A DNA stretch of 64,000 nucleotides, taken from assembly GCF_009914755.1 (NCBI RefSeq), contig NC_060933.1; one strand, written 5' to 3'. The notes below the pieces were generated by a model that worked only from the letters and a program-made list of their open reading frames with translations, did no database searches and was not told the origin of the DNA. The DNA comes from the human T2T-CHM13v2.0 reference genome, Homo sapiens. The translations under genes were made by a program, and so were the position numbers. This document shows positions 27,441 to 42,200 of the stretch, one piece after another (position 1 is the first letter of the stretch; each line of letters opens with the position of its first letter).

Positions 27441-29939
27441 CATTCAATTCCATTCCATTCCATTCCATTCCATTCCATTCCATTCCATTCCATTCCTTTC
27501 CATTCCATTCCATTACATTCGGATTGATTCTATTCAACTCCCTTACTCTCCATTACATTTCATTCTATTCGGGTTGTTCCATTCCATTCCATTCCATTGC
27601 ACTCCATTCCATTGCACTCGGGTTGATTCCATTCCATTCCATTCCATTCCGGAAGATTCCATTCCATTGCATTCCATTCCCTTCCATTCCCCTGCCCTCG
27701 CGTTGATTCCATTCCATTCCATTCCATTGCATTCCATTGCATTCCATTCCTTTCCGTTCCATTCCATTCCATTCCATTCCATTCCATTCCGTTCCGTTCC
27801 TTTCCGTTCCATTCCATTCCATTCCATTCTATTCGGGTTAATTCCATTCCATTCCATTCGATTGCAATCGAGTTGATTCCATTCCATTCCATTGCATTCC
27901 ATCCGATTACATTCCATTCCTTTCCATTCCATTATGGATGATTCCATTCCATTGCATTCCATTCCATTCCATTCCCCTGTACTCGGGTTGATTCCATTCC
28001 ATTCCATTCCAATCCATGCCATTCCACTCGTGTTGATTCCATTCTTTCCATTCCATTCAAGTTGAATCCATTCCATTGCATTCCATTCCATTCGATTCCA
28101 TTCGATTTCACTCGGGTTGATTCCATGGCATTGCATTCCATTCCATTCCATTCCATTCCATTCCATTCCATTCCATTCCATTCCTTTCCATTCCATTCCA
28201 TTCCATTCGGATTCATTCTAATCAATTCCCTTACACTCCATTACATTCCATTCCATTCGTGTAGTTTCCATTCCATTCCATTCCATTCCTCTCCATTCCA
28301 TTGCACACGGGTTGATTCCATTCCATTCTACTCCATTCCAATCCATTCCATTCCATTCCATTCCGGATGATTCCATTCCATTGAATTCCATTCCATTCCA
28401 TTCCCCTGCACTTGGGTTGATTCCATTCCATTCCATTCCTTTCTGTTCCATTCCATTCCATTCCATTCTATTCGTGTTAATTCCATTCCATTCTATTCCA
28501 TTCCATTCCATTGAAATCGAGTTGATTCCCTTCCATTCCATTCCATTCCATTCCATTCCATTCAATTCCATTCCATTCCGGATGATTCCATTCGATTGCA
28601 TTCCATTCCATTCCATTCCCCTGCACTCGGGTTGATTCCATTCCATTCCATTCCATTCCATTCCGTTCCATTCTGTTCCATTCCATTCTATTCGGGTTAA
28701 TTCCATTCCATTCCATTCCATTCCATTCCAGTCCTTTCCATTCCATTCCACTCGGGTTGATTCCATTCTATTCCTTTCCATTCCTTTCCATTCCATTGCA
28801 ATCGAGTTGATTCCATTCGAGTTGAATCCATTCCATTCCATTCCATTCCATTCCATTCCATTGCACACGGGTTCATTCCATTCCATTCCATTCCATTCCA
28901 TTCCATTGCATTCCATTCCATTTCATTCCATTCCATACCATTCCATGCCATCCCATTCCATTCCGTTCCATTCCATGCCATTACACTCGGGTTGATTCCA
29001 TTCCTTTCCATTCCATTGTTGTTGAATCCATTCCATTCCATTCCATTCCATTCGAATCCATCCCATTGCACTCTGGTTGATTCCATTCCATTCCATTCCA
29101 TTCCATTCCATTCCATTCCATTCCAATCGAGTTGATTCCATTCCATTCCATTCCATTCCATTCCACTCCATTCCAGTCCTTTCCATTCCATTACACTCGG
29201 GTTGATTCCGTTCTATTCCTTTCCATTCCATTCCATTCCATTGCAATCGAGTTGATTCCATTGCTTTGCATTCCATTCCATTCCATTCCATTCCGGATGA
29301 TTCCATTCAATTGCATTCCATTCCATTCCATTCCATTCCCCTGCACTCGGGTTGATTCCATTCCATTCCACTCCATTCCGTTCCATTCCATTCCATTCCA
29401 TTGTATTCGGGTTAATTCCATTCCATTCCATTCCATTCCATTCCATTCCATTCCATTCCATTACAATTGAGTTGATTCCATTCCATTCCATTCCATTCCA
29501 TTCCAGTCCTTTCCATTCCATTCCACTCGGTTTGATTCCATTCTGTTAGTTTCCATTCCATTCCATTCCCTTCCATTCCACTCTGGTTGATTCCATTCCT
29601 TTCCATTCCACTCGAATACATTCCCTCCTATTCCACTCGGAACGATTCCATTCCATTCCATTCCATTCCATTCCATTCCATTCCATTCCATTGCATTCCA
29701 TTCCATTTCGTTCCATTCCATTCTATTCCGTACCATTCCATTCCATTCCATTCCTTTCCATTCCATTCCATTCCACTCGTGTTGATTCCATTGCTTTCCA
29801 TTCCATTCGGTTTGAAGGCATTCCATTCCATTCAATTCCATTCCATTCCATTCCATTCCCTTGTACTCTGGTTGATTCCATTCCATTTCATTCCATTCCA
29901 TTCCATTCCATTCCATTCCATTGCATTCCATTCAATTCC

Positions 29940-32900
29940 ATTCCATTCCGGAAGATTCCATTCCATTGCATTCCATTCCATTCCATTCCCCTGCACTCGC
30001 GTTGATTCCATTCCATTCCATTCCATTCCATTCCATGCCGTTCCGTTCCATTCCATTCCATTCCATTCCATTCCATTCCGTTCCGTTCCATTCCATTCCA
30101 TTCCATTCTATTCGGGTTAATTCCATTCCATTCCATTCGATTGCAATCGAGTTGATTCCATTCCATTCCATTCCATTCCATTCCTTTCCATTCCATTCCA
30201 TTCCTTTCCATTCCATTACGGATGATTCCATTCCATTGCATTCCATTCCATTCCATTCCCCTGTACTCGGGTTGATTCCATTCCATTCCATTCCAATCCA
30301 TGCCATTCCACTCGTGTTGATTCCATTCTTTCCATTCCATTCAAGTTGAATCCATTCCATTGCATTCCATTCCATTCCATTCCCCTGCAGTCGGGTTGAT
30401 TCCATTCCATTCCATTCCATTCCATTCCATTCCAATCAAGTTGATTCCATTCCATTCCATTCCATTGCATTCCATTCCATTCCACTCCATTCCAGTCCTT
30501 TCCATTGCATTCCACTCGGGTTGATTCCAATGTATTCCTTTCCATTCCATTCCATTCCATTGCAATCGAGTTGATTCCATTGCTTTGCATTCCATTCCAT
30601 TCGATTCCATTTCGGATGATTCCATTCCATTGCATTCCATTCCATTCCATTCCCCTGCAATCGGGTTGATTCCATTCCATTCCACTCCATTCCATTCCAT
30701 TCCATTCCATTCCATTGTATTCGGGTTCATTCCATTCCATTCCATTCCATTCCATTCCATTCCATTCCATTACAATCGAGTTGATTCCATTCCATTCCAT
30801 TCCATTCCAGTCCTTTCCATTCCATTCCACTCGGGTTGATTCCATTCTATTAGTTTCCATTCCATTCCATTCCCTTCCATTGTATTCTGGTTAATTCCAT
30901 TCCATTCCATTCCATTCCAATCCATTCCATTCCATTACAAACGAGTTGATTCCATTCCATTCCATTCCATTCCAGTCCTTTCCATTCCATTCCACTCGGG
31001 TTGATTCCATTCTATTAGTTTCCATTCCATTCCATTCCCTTCCATTCCACTCTGGTTGATTCCATTCCTTTCCATTCCACTCGAATACTTTCCCTCCTAT
31101 TCCACTCGGAACGATTCCATTCCATTCCATTCCATTCCTTTCCATTCAATTCCATTTCGTTCCATTCCATTCTATTCCGTATCATTCCATTCCATTCCAT
31201 TCCATTCCATTCCATTCCATTCCATTCCATTCCATTGTACTCGGGTTGATTCCATTCCATTGCATTCCATTCCATTCCATTCCATTCCATTCCGTTGCAT
31301 TCCATTCCATTACATTCGGATTGATTCTATTCAACTCCCTTACTCTCCATTACATTCCATTCCATTCGGGTTATTCCATTCCATTCCATTCCATTCCACT
31401 CCATTCCATTGCACTCGGGTTGATTCCATTCCATTCCATTCCATTCCATTCCATTCCGGATGATTCCATTCCATTACATTCCGTTCCATTACATTCCCCT
31501 GCACTCGCATTGATTCCATTCCATTCCATTCCATTCCATTCAATTCCATTCTATTACAATTCGTTCCATTCCATTCTGTTCCGTACCATTCCATTCCATT
31601 CCATACCTTTCCATTCCATTCCATTCCATTCCATTCCGTTCCATTCCGTTCCATTCCATTCCATTCCATTCTATTCGGATTAATTGCATTCCATTCCATT
31701 TCATTCCATTCTATTCCATTCCATTGCAATCGAGTTGAATCCATTGCATTTCATTCCATTCCATTCCATTCTATTCGGATTAATTGCATTCCATTCCATT
31801 TCATTCCATTCTATTCCATTCCATTGCAATCGAGTTGAATCCATTGCATTTCATTCCATTCCATTCCATTCCATTCCATTCCGGAATTTTCCATTCCATT
31901 GCATTCCATTCCATTCCATTCCCCTGCACTCGCGTTGATTCCATTCCATTCCATTCCATTCCGTTCCGTTCCATTCCATTCCATTCCATTCCGTTCCGTT
32001 CCATTCCATTCCATTCCATTCTATTCGGGTTAATTCCATTCCATTCCATTCGATTGCAATCGAGTTGATTCCATTCCATTCCATTACGGATGATTCCATT
32101 CCAATGCATTCCATTCCATTCCATTCCCCTGTACTCGGGTTGATTCCATTCCATTCCATTCCAATCCATGCCATTCCACTCGTGTTGATTCCATTCTTTC
32201 CATTCCATTCAAGTTGAATCCATTCCATTGCATTCCATTCCATTCCATTCCCCTGCAGTCGGGTTGATTCCATTCCATTCCATTCCATTCCATTCCATTC
32301 CATTCCATTCCAATCAAGTTTATTCCATTCCATTCCATTCCATTGCATTCCATTCCATTCCACTCCATTCCAGTCCTCTCCATTCCATTCCACTCGGGTT
32401 GATTCCAATGTATTCCTTTCCATTCCATTCCATTCCATTGCAATCGAGTTGATTCCATTGCTTTGCATTCCATTCCATTCCATTCCATTCCGGATGATTC
32501 CATTCCATTGCATTCCATTCCATTCCATTCCCCTGCACTCGGGTTGATTCCATTCCATTCCACTCCATTCCATTCCATTCCATTCCATTCCATTGTATTC
32601 GGGTTAATTCCATTCCATTCCATTCCATTCCATTCCATTCCATTACATTCGAGTTGATTCCATTCCATTCCATTCCATTCCAGTCCTTTCCATTCCATTC
32701 CACTCGGGTTGATTCCATTCTATTAGTTTCCATTCCATTCCATTCCCTTCCATTCCACTCTGGTTGATTCCATTTCTTTCCATTCCACTCGAATACATTC
32801 CCTCCTATTCCACTCGGAACGATTCCATTCCATTCCATTCCATTCCATTCCATTCCATTTCGTTCCATTCCATTCTATTCCGTATCATTCCATTCCATTC

Positions 32901-34690
32901 CATTCCATTCCATTCCATTCCATTCCATTGTACTCGGGTTGATTCCATTCCATTGCATTCCATTCCATTCCATTCCATTCCATTCAGTTGCATTCCATTC
33001 CATTACGTTCGGATTGATTCTATTCAACTCCCTTACTCTCCATTACATTCCATTCCATTCGGGTTGTTCCATTCCATTCCATTCCATTCCACTCCATTCC
33101 ATTGCACTCGGGTTGATTCCATTCCATTCCATTCCATTCCATTCCATTCCGTATGATTCCATTCCATTGCATTCCGTTCCATTACATTCCCCTGCACTCA
33201 CGTTGATTCCATTCCATTCCATTCCATTCCATTCCATTCAATTCCATTCCATTACAATTCGTTCCATTCCATTCTATTCCGTACCATTCCATTCCATTCC
33301 ATACCATTCCATTCCATTCCTTTCCATTCCGTTCCATTCCATTCCTTTCCGTTCCATTCCATTCCATTCCATTCCATTCCATTCTATTCGGATTAATTCC
33401 ATTCCATTCCATTCCATTCCATTCTATTCCATTCCATTGCAATCGAGTTGAATCCATTGCATTTCATTCCATTCCATTCCATTCCATTCCGGAAGTTTCC
33501 ATTCCATTGCATTCCATTCCATTCCATTCCATTCAATTCCATTCCGTTCCATTCCATTCCATTACATTCGGATTGATTCTATTCAACTCCCTTAGTCTCC
33601 ATTACATTCCATTCCATTCGGGTTGTTCCATTCCATTCCATTCCATTCCACTCCATTCCATTGCACTCGGGTTTATTCCATACCATTCCATTCCATTCCA
33701 TTCAATTCCATTCCATTCCGGAAGATTCCATTCTATTGCATTCCATTCCATTCCATTCCCCTGCACTCGCGTTGATTCCATTCCATTCCATTCCATTCCA
33801 TTCCATGCCGTTCCGTTCCATTCCATTCCATTCCATTCCATTCCATTCCATTCCGTTCCGTTCCATTCCATTCCATTCCATTCTATTCGGGTTAATTCCA
33901 TTCCATTCCATTCGATTGCAATCGAGTTGATTCCATTCCATTCCATTCCATTCCATTCCTTTCCATTCCATTCCATTCCTTTCCATTCCATTACGGATGA
34001 TTCCATTCCATTGCATTCCATTCCATTCCATTCCCCTGTACTCGGGTTGATTCCATTCCATTCCATTCCAATCCATGCCATTCCACTCGTGTTGATTCCA
34101 TTCTTTCCATTCCATTCAAGTTGAATCCATTCCATTGCATTCCATTCCATTCCATTCCCCTGCAGTCGGGTTGATTCCATTCCATTCCATTCCATTCCAT
34201 TCCATTCCATTCCATTCCAATCAAGTTGATTCCATTCCATTCCATTCCATTGCATTCCATTCCATTCCACTCCATTCCAGTCCTTTCCATTCCATTCCAC
34301 TCGGGTTGATTCCAATGTATTCCTTTCCATTCCATTCCATTCCATTGCAATCGTGTTGATTCCATTGCTTTGCATTCCATTCCATTCGATTCCATTTCGG
34401 ATGATTCCATTCCATTGCATTCCATTCCATTCCATTCCCCTGCACTCGGGTTGATTCCATTCCATTCCACTCCATTCCATTCCATTCCATTCCATTCCAT
34501 TGTATTCGGGTTCATTCCATTCCATTCCATTCCATTCCATTCCATTCCATTCCATTCCATTACAATCGAGGTGATTCCATTCCATTCCATTCCATTCCAG
34601 TCCTTTCCATTCCATTCCACTCGGGTTGATTCCATTCTATTAGTTTCCATTCCATTCCATTCCCTTCCATTGTATTCTGGTTAATTCCAT
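29940..34690 (-). repeat. ~1.9-kb monomers in A-B-A order (~3.78-kb dimer period)
   Basis: TCCAATCAAGTT at ~30431, ~32309 and ~34216. CATTCGATTCCATTTCGGATG, GGGTTCATT and CCATTGTATTCTGGTTAA occur only in the first and third units (offset 3775-3790). Confidence 0.8.
31671..31870 (-). repeat. Exact 100-bp tandem duplication
   Basis: 31671-31770 is identical to 31771-31870 (CTATTCGGATTAATTGCATT...). Confidence 0.95.
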
Positions 34691-36125
34691 TCCATTCCAT
34701 TCCATTCCATTCCTTTCCGTTGCATTCCATTCCATTACATTCGGATTGATTCTATTCAACTACCTTAATCTCCATTACATTCCATTCCATTCGGGTTGTT
34801 CCATTCCATTCCATTCCATTCCATTCCATTCCATTCCATTCCATTCCATTGCACTCGGGTTGATTCCATTCCATTCCATTCCATTCCATTCCATTCCGTA
34901 TGATTCCATTCCATTGCATTCCGTTCCATTACATTCCCCTGCACTCGCGTTGATTCCATTCCATTCCATTCCATTCCATTCAATTCCATTCCATAACAAT
35001 TCGTTCCATTCCATTCTATTCCGTACCATTCCATTCCATTCCATACAATTCCATTCCATTCCATTCCATTCCATTCCATTCCGTTCCATTCCGTTCCATT
35101 CCATTCCATTCCATTCTATTCGGGTTAATTCCATTCCATTCCATTCCATTCCATTCTATTCCATTCCATTGCAATCGAGTTGAATCCATTGCATTTCATT
35201 CCATTCCATTCCATTCCATTCCATTCCGGAAGATTCCATTCCATTGCATTCCATTCCATTCCATTCCCCTGCACTCGCATTCATTCCATTCCATTCCATT
35301 CCATTCCATTCCATTCCATTCCATTCCATTCCGTTCCGTTCCGTTCCATTCCATTCCATTCCATTCCATTCCATTCCATTCCATTCCATTCCATTCCGTT
35401 CCGTTCCATTCCATTCCATTCCATTCTATTTGGGTTAATTCCATTCCATTCCTTTCGATTGCAATCGAGTTGATTCCATTCCATTCCATTCCATTCCCTT
35501 CCATTCCATTCAATTCAATTCCATTCCGTTCCATTGCATTCCATTACATTCGGATTGATTCTATTCAACTCCCTTACTCTCCATTACATTCCATTCTATT
35601 CGGGTTTTTCCATTCCATTCCATTCCATTCCACTCCATTCCATTGCACTCGGGTTGATTCCATTCCATTCCATTCCATTCCGGAAGATTCCATTCCATTG
35701 CATTCCATTCCATTCCATTCCCCTGCACTCGCGTTGATTCCATTCCATTCCATTCCATTCCATTCCATTCCATTCCTTTCCGTTCCATTCCATTCCATTC
35801 CATTCTATTCGGGTTAATTCCATTCCATTCCATTCGATTGCAATCGAGTTGATTCCATTCCATTCCATTGCATTCCATTGCATTCCATTCCATTCCTTTC
35901 CATTCCATTACGGATGATTCCATTCCATTGCATTCCATTCCATTCCATTCCCCTGTACTCGGGTTGATTCCATTCCATTCCATTCCAATCCATGCCATTC
36001 CACTCGTGTTGATTCCATTCTTTCCATTCCATTCAAGTTTAATCCATTCCATTGCATTCCATTCCATTCGATTCCATTCGATTGCACTCGGGTTGATTCC
36101 ATTCCATTCCATTCCATTCCATTCC

Positions 36126-36290
36126 ATTCCATTCCATTCCATTCCTTTCCATTCCATTCCGTTCCATTCGGATTCATTCTAATCAATTCCCTTACACTCC
36201 ATTATATTCCATTCCATTCCATTCCTTTCCATTCCATTCCATTCCATTCGGATTCATTCTAATCATTTCCCTTACACTCCATTACATTCC
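36126..36290 (-). repeat. 80-bp tandem duplication
   Basis: GATTCATTCTAATCA(A/T)TTCCCTTACACTCC at 36171 and 36251; about 3 mismatches. Confidence 0.9.
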
Positions 36291-39200
36291 ATTCCATTCG
36301 GGTAGTTTCTATTCCATTCCATTCCATTCCTCTCCATTCCATTGCACACGGGTTGATTCCATTCCATTCCACTCCATTCCATTCCATTCCATTCCATTCC
36401 ATTCCGGATGATTCCATTCCATTGAATTCCATTCAATTCCATTCCCCTGCACTTGGGTTGCTTCCATTCCATTCCATTCCTTTCTGTTCCATTCCATTCC
36501 ATTCCATTCCATTCTATTCGTGTTAATTCGATTCCATTCTATTACATTCCATTCCATTGAAATCGAGTTGATTCCATTCCATTCCATTCCATTCCATTCC
36601 ATTCCATTCCATTCCATTCCATTCCGGATGATTCCATTCCATTGCATTCCATTCCATTCCATTCCCCTGCACTCGGGTTGATTCCATTCCATTCCATTCC
36701 ATTCCATTCCGTTCCATTCTGTTCTATTCCATTCTATTCGGGTTAATTCCATTCCATTCCATTCCATTCCATTCCATTCCTTTCCATTCCATTACGGATG
36801 ATTCCATTCCATTGCATTCCATTCCATTCCATTCCCCTGTACTCGGGTTGATTCCATTCCATTCCATTCCAATCCATGCCATTCCACTCGTGTTGATTCC
36901 ATTCTTTCCATTTCATTCAAGTTGAATCCATTCCTTTGCATTCCATGCGATTCCATTCCCCTGCAGTCGGGTTGTTTCCATTCCATTCCATTCCATTCCC
37001 CTGCTGTCGGGTTGTTTCCATTCCATTCCATTCCATTCCATTCCATTCCGTTCCGTTCCATTCCATTCCATTCCTTTCAATTCGGGTTAATTCCATTCCA
37101 TTCCATTCCATTCCATTCCATTCCATTCCATTCCATTCCAATCGAGTTGATTCCATTCCATTCCATTCCATTCCATTCCACTCCATTCCAGTCCTATCCA
37201 TTCCATTCCACTCGGGTTGATTCCAATGTATTCCTTTCCATTCCATTCCATTCCATTGCAATCGAGTTGATTTCATTGCTTTGCATTCCATTCCATTCCA
37301 TTCCATTCCGGATGATTCCTTTCCATTGCATTCCATTCCATTCCATTCCCCTGCACTCGGGTTGATTCCATTCCATTCCACTCCATTCCGTTCCATTCCA
37401 TTCCATTGCATTGTATTCGGGTTAATTCCATTCCATTCCATTCCTTTCCATTCCATTCCATTCCATTACAATCGAGTTGATTCCATTCCATTGCATTCCA
37501 TTCCAGTCCTTTCCATTCCATTCCACTCGGGTTGATTCCATTCTATTAGTTTCCATTCCATTCCATTCCCTTCCATTCCACTCTGGTTGATTCCATTCCT
37601 TTCCATTCCACTCGAATACATTCCCTCCTATTCCACTCGGAACGATTCCATTCCATTCCATTCCATTCCATTCCATTCCATTGCATTCCATTCCATTTCG
37701 TTCCATTCCATTCTATTCCGTATCATTCCATTCCATTCCATTCCATTCCCCTGCAGTCGGGTTGTTTCCATTCCATTCCATTCCTTTCCATTCCATTCCA
37801 TTCCATTCCATTCCGTTCCGTTCCATTCCATTCCATTCCATTCTCTTCGGGTTAATTCCATTCCATTCCATTCCATTCCATTCCATTCCATTCCATTCCA
37901 TTCCAATCGAGTTGTTTCCATTCCATTCCATTCCATTCCATTCCACTCCATTCCAGTCCTTTCCATTCCATTCCACTCGGGTTGATTCCAATGTATTCCT
38001 TTCCATTCCATTCCATTCCATTGCAATCGAGTTGATTCCATTGCTTTGCATTCCATTCCATTCCATTCCATTCCGGATGATTCCATTCCATTGCATTCCA
38101 TTCCATTCCATTCCCCTGCACTCGGGTTGATTCCATTCCACTCCACTCGATTCCGTTCCATTCCATTACATTACATTCCATTCCGTTCCATTGTACTCGG
38201 GTTGATTCCATTCCATTGCATTCCATTCCATTCCATTCCATTCCATTCCATTCCATTCCATTCCATTTCGTTCCATTCCATTACATTCGGATTGATTCTA
38301 TTCAACTCCCTTACTCTCCATTCCATTCCATTCCATTCGGGTTGTTCCATTCCATTCCATTCCATTCCACTCCATTCCATTGCGCTCGGGTTGATTCCAT
38401 TCCATTCCATTCCATTCCATTCCATTCCATTCCATTCCGGATGATTCCATTCCATTGCATTCCGTTCAATTACATTCCCCTGCACTCGGGTTGATTCCAT
38501 TCCATTCCATTCCATTGCATTCGATACCATTCCATTCCAATTCTTTCCATTCCATTCTATTCCGTACCATTCCATTCCATTCCATACAATTCCATTCCAT
38601 TCCATTCCACTCCGTTCCGTTCCGTTCCGTTCTGTTCCGTTCCATACCATTCCATTCCATTCTATTCGGTTTAATTCCATTCCATTCCATTCCATTCCAT
38701 TCCATTCCATTCTATTCCATTCCATTGCAATCGAGTTGAATCCATTGCATTCCATTCCATTCCATTCCATTCCATTCCATTCCGGAAGATTCCATTCCAT
38801 TGCATTCCATTCCATTCCATTCCATTCCATTCCATTCCATTCCATTCCATTCCATTCCATTCCATTGTACTCGGGTTGATTCCATTCCATTGCATTCCAT
38901 TCCATTCCATTCCATTCCGTTCCATTCCATTCCATTACATTCGGATTGATTCTTTTCAACTCCCTTACTCTCCATTACATTCCATTCCATTCGGGTTGTT
39001 CCATTCCATTCCATTCCATTCCACTCCATTCCATTGCACTCGGGTTGATTCCATTCCATTCCATTCCGGATGATTCCATTCCATTGCATTCCGTTCCATT
39101 ACATTCCCTTGCACTCGGGTTGATTCCATTCCATTCCGTTCCGTTCCATTCCATTCCATTCCATTCTATTCGGGTTAATTCCATTCCATTCCATTCCATT

Positions 39201-42200
39201 CCATTCCAGTCGGGTTGATTCCATTCCATTTCATTCCATTCCATTCCACTCCATTCCAGTCCTTTCCATTCCATTCCACTCGGGTTGATTCAAATGTACT
39301 CCTTTCCATTCCATTCCATTCCATTCCATTGCAATCGAGTTGTTTCCATTGCTTTGCATTCCATTCCATTCCATTCCATTCCGGATGATTCCATTCCATT
39401 GCATTCCATTCCATTCCATTCCCCTGCACTCGGGTTGATTCCATTCCATTCCAGTCCATTCCGTTCCATTCCATTCCATTCCATTTTATTCGGGTTAATT
39501 CCATTCCATTCCATTCCATTCCATTCCATTCCATTCCATTACAATCGAGTTGATTCCATTCCATTCCATTCCATTCCAGTCCTTTCCATTCCATTCCACT
39601 CGGGTTGATTCCATTCTATTAGTTTCCATTCCATTCCATTCCCTTCCATTCCACTCTGGTTGATACCATTCCTTTCCATTCCACTCGAATACATTCCCTT
39701 CTATTCCACTCGGAACGATTCCATTCCATTCCATTCCATTCCATTTCGTTCCATTCCATTCTATTCCGTATCATTCCATTCCATTCCATTCCATTCCATT
39801 CCATTCCATTCCATTGTACTCGGGTTTATTCAATTCCATTGCATTCCATTCCATTCCATTCCATTCCATTCCGTTGCATTCCATTCCATTACATTCGGAT
39901 TGATTCTATTCAACTCCCTTACTTTCCATTACATTCCATTCCATTCGGGTTGTTCCATTCCATTCCATTCCATTCCACTCCATTCCATTGCACTCGGGTT
40001 GATTCCATTCCATTCCATTCCATTCCATTCCATTCCGCATGATTCCATTCCATTGCATTCCTTTCCATTACATTCCCCTGCACTCGCGTTGATTCCATTC
40101 CATTCCATTCCATTCCATTCCAATTCGTTCCATTCCATACTATTCCGTTCCATTCCATTCCATTCCATACCATTCCATTCCATTCCATTCCATTCCATTC
40201 CATTCCGTTCCATTCCATTCCATTCCATTCTATTCGGATTAATTCCATTCCATTCCATTCCATTCCATTCCATTCTATTCCATTCCATTGCAATCGAGTT
40301 GAATCCATTGCATTTCATTCCATTCCATTCCATTCCATTCCATTCCGGAAGATTCCATTCCATTGCATTCCATTCCATTCCATTCCCCTGCACTCGCGTT
40401 GATTCCATTCCATTCCATTCCATTCCATTCCATTCCGTTCCGTTCCATTCCATTCCATTCCATTCCATTCCATTCCGTTCCGTTCCATTCCGTTCCATTC
40501 CATTCCATTCCATTCTATTCGGGTTAATTCCATTCCATTCCATTCGAATGCAATCGAGTTGATTCCATTCCATTCCATTCCATTCCATTCCATTCCATTC
40601 CATTCCATTCCGTTCCATTCCATTCCATTACTTTCGCATTGATTCTTTTCAACTCCCTTACTCTCCATTACATTCCATTCCATTCGGGTTGTTCCATTCC
40701 ATTCCATTCCATTCCTCTCCATTCAATTGCACTCGGGTTGATTCCATTCCATTCCATTCCATTCCATTCCGGATGATTCCATTCCATTGCATTCCGTTCC
40801 ATTATATTCCCCTGTACTCGGGTTCATTCCATTCCATTCCATTCCATTCCATTCCATTCCCCTGCACTCGCGTTGATTCCATTCCATTCCATTCCATTCC
40901 ATTCCATTCCATTCCATTCCATTCCTTTCCGTTCCATTCCATTCCATTCCATTGCATTCCGTTCCGTTCCGTTCCATTCCATTCCATTCCATTCTATTCG
41001 GGTTAATTCCATTCCATTCCATTCCATTGCAATCGAGTTGATTCCATTCCATTCCATTGCATTCCATTCCATTCCATTCCATTCCATTCATTTCCATTCC
41101 ATTACGGATGATTCCATTCTATTGCATTCTATTCCATTCCATTCCCCTGTACTCGGGTTAATTCCATTCCATTCCATTCCATTCCATTCCGTTCCGTTCC
41201 GTTCCGTTCCATTCCATTCCATTCTATTCGAGTTAATTCCATTCCATTCCATTCCATTCCATTCCAATCGAGTTGATTCCATTCCATTCCATTCCATTCC
41301 ACTCCATTCCAGTCCTTTCCATTCCATTCCACTCAGGTTGATTCCATTGTATTCCTTTCCATTCCATTCCATTCCATTTCAATCGAGTTCATTCCATTGC
41401 TTTGCATTCCATTCCATTCCATTCCATTCCGGATGATTCCATTCCATTGCATTCCATTACATTCCATTCCCCTGCACTCGGGTTGATTCCATTCCATTCC
41501 ACTCCATTCCGTTCCATTCCATTCCATTCCATTGTATTCTGGTTAATTCCATTCCATTCCATTCCATTCCATTCCATTCCATTCCAATCCTTTACAATCG
41601 AGTTGATTCCATTCCATTCCATGCAATTCCATTCCAGTCCTTTGCATTCCATTCCACTCAGGTTGATTCCATTCTATTAGTTTCCATTCCTTTCCATTCC
41701 CTTCCATTCCACTCTGGTTGATTCCATTCCTTTCCATTCCACTCGAATACATTCCCTCCTATTCCACTCGGAACGATTCCATTCCATTCCATTCCATTCA
41801 ATTCCATTCCGTTCTATTCCATTCCATTCCATTCCATTTCGTTCCATTCCATTCTATTCCGTACCATTCCATTGCATTCCATTCCATTCCATTCCATTCC
41901 ATTCCATTCCACTCGTGTTGATTCCATTCCTTTCCATTCCATTCGGTATGAAGGCATTCCACTCCATTCAATTCCATTCCATTCCATTCCATTCCATTCC
42001 ATTCCATTCCATTCCATTCCATTGTACTCGGGTTGATTCCATTCCATTGCATTCCATTCCATTCCATTCCGTTGCATTCCATTCCATTACATTCGGATTG
42101 ATTCTATTCAACTCCCTTACTCTCCATTACATTCCATTCCATTCGGGTTGTTCCATTGCATTCCATTCCATTCCACTCCATTCCATTGCACTCGGGTTGA

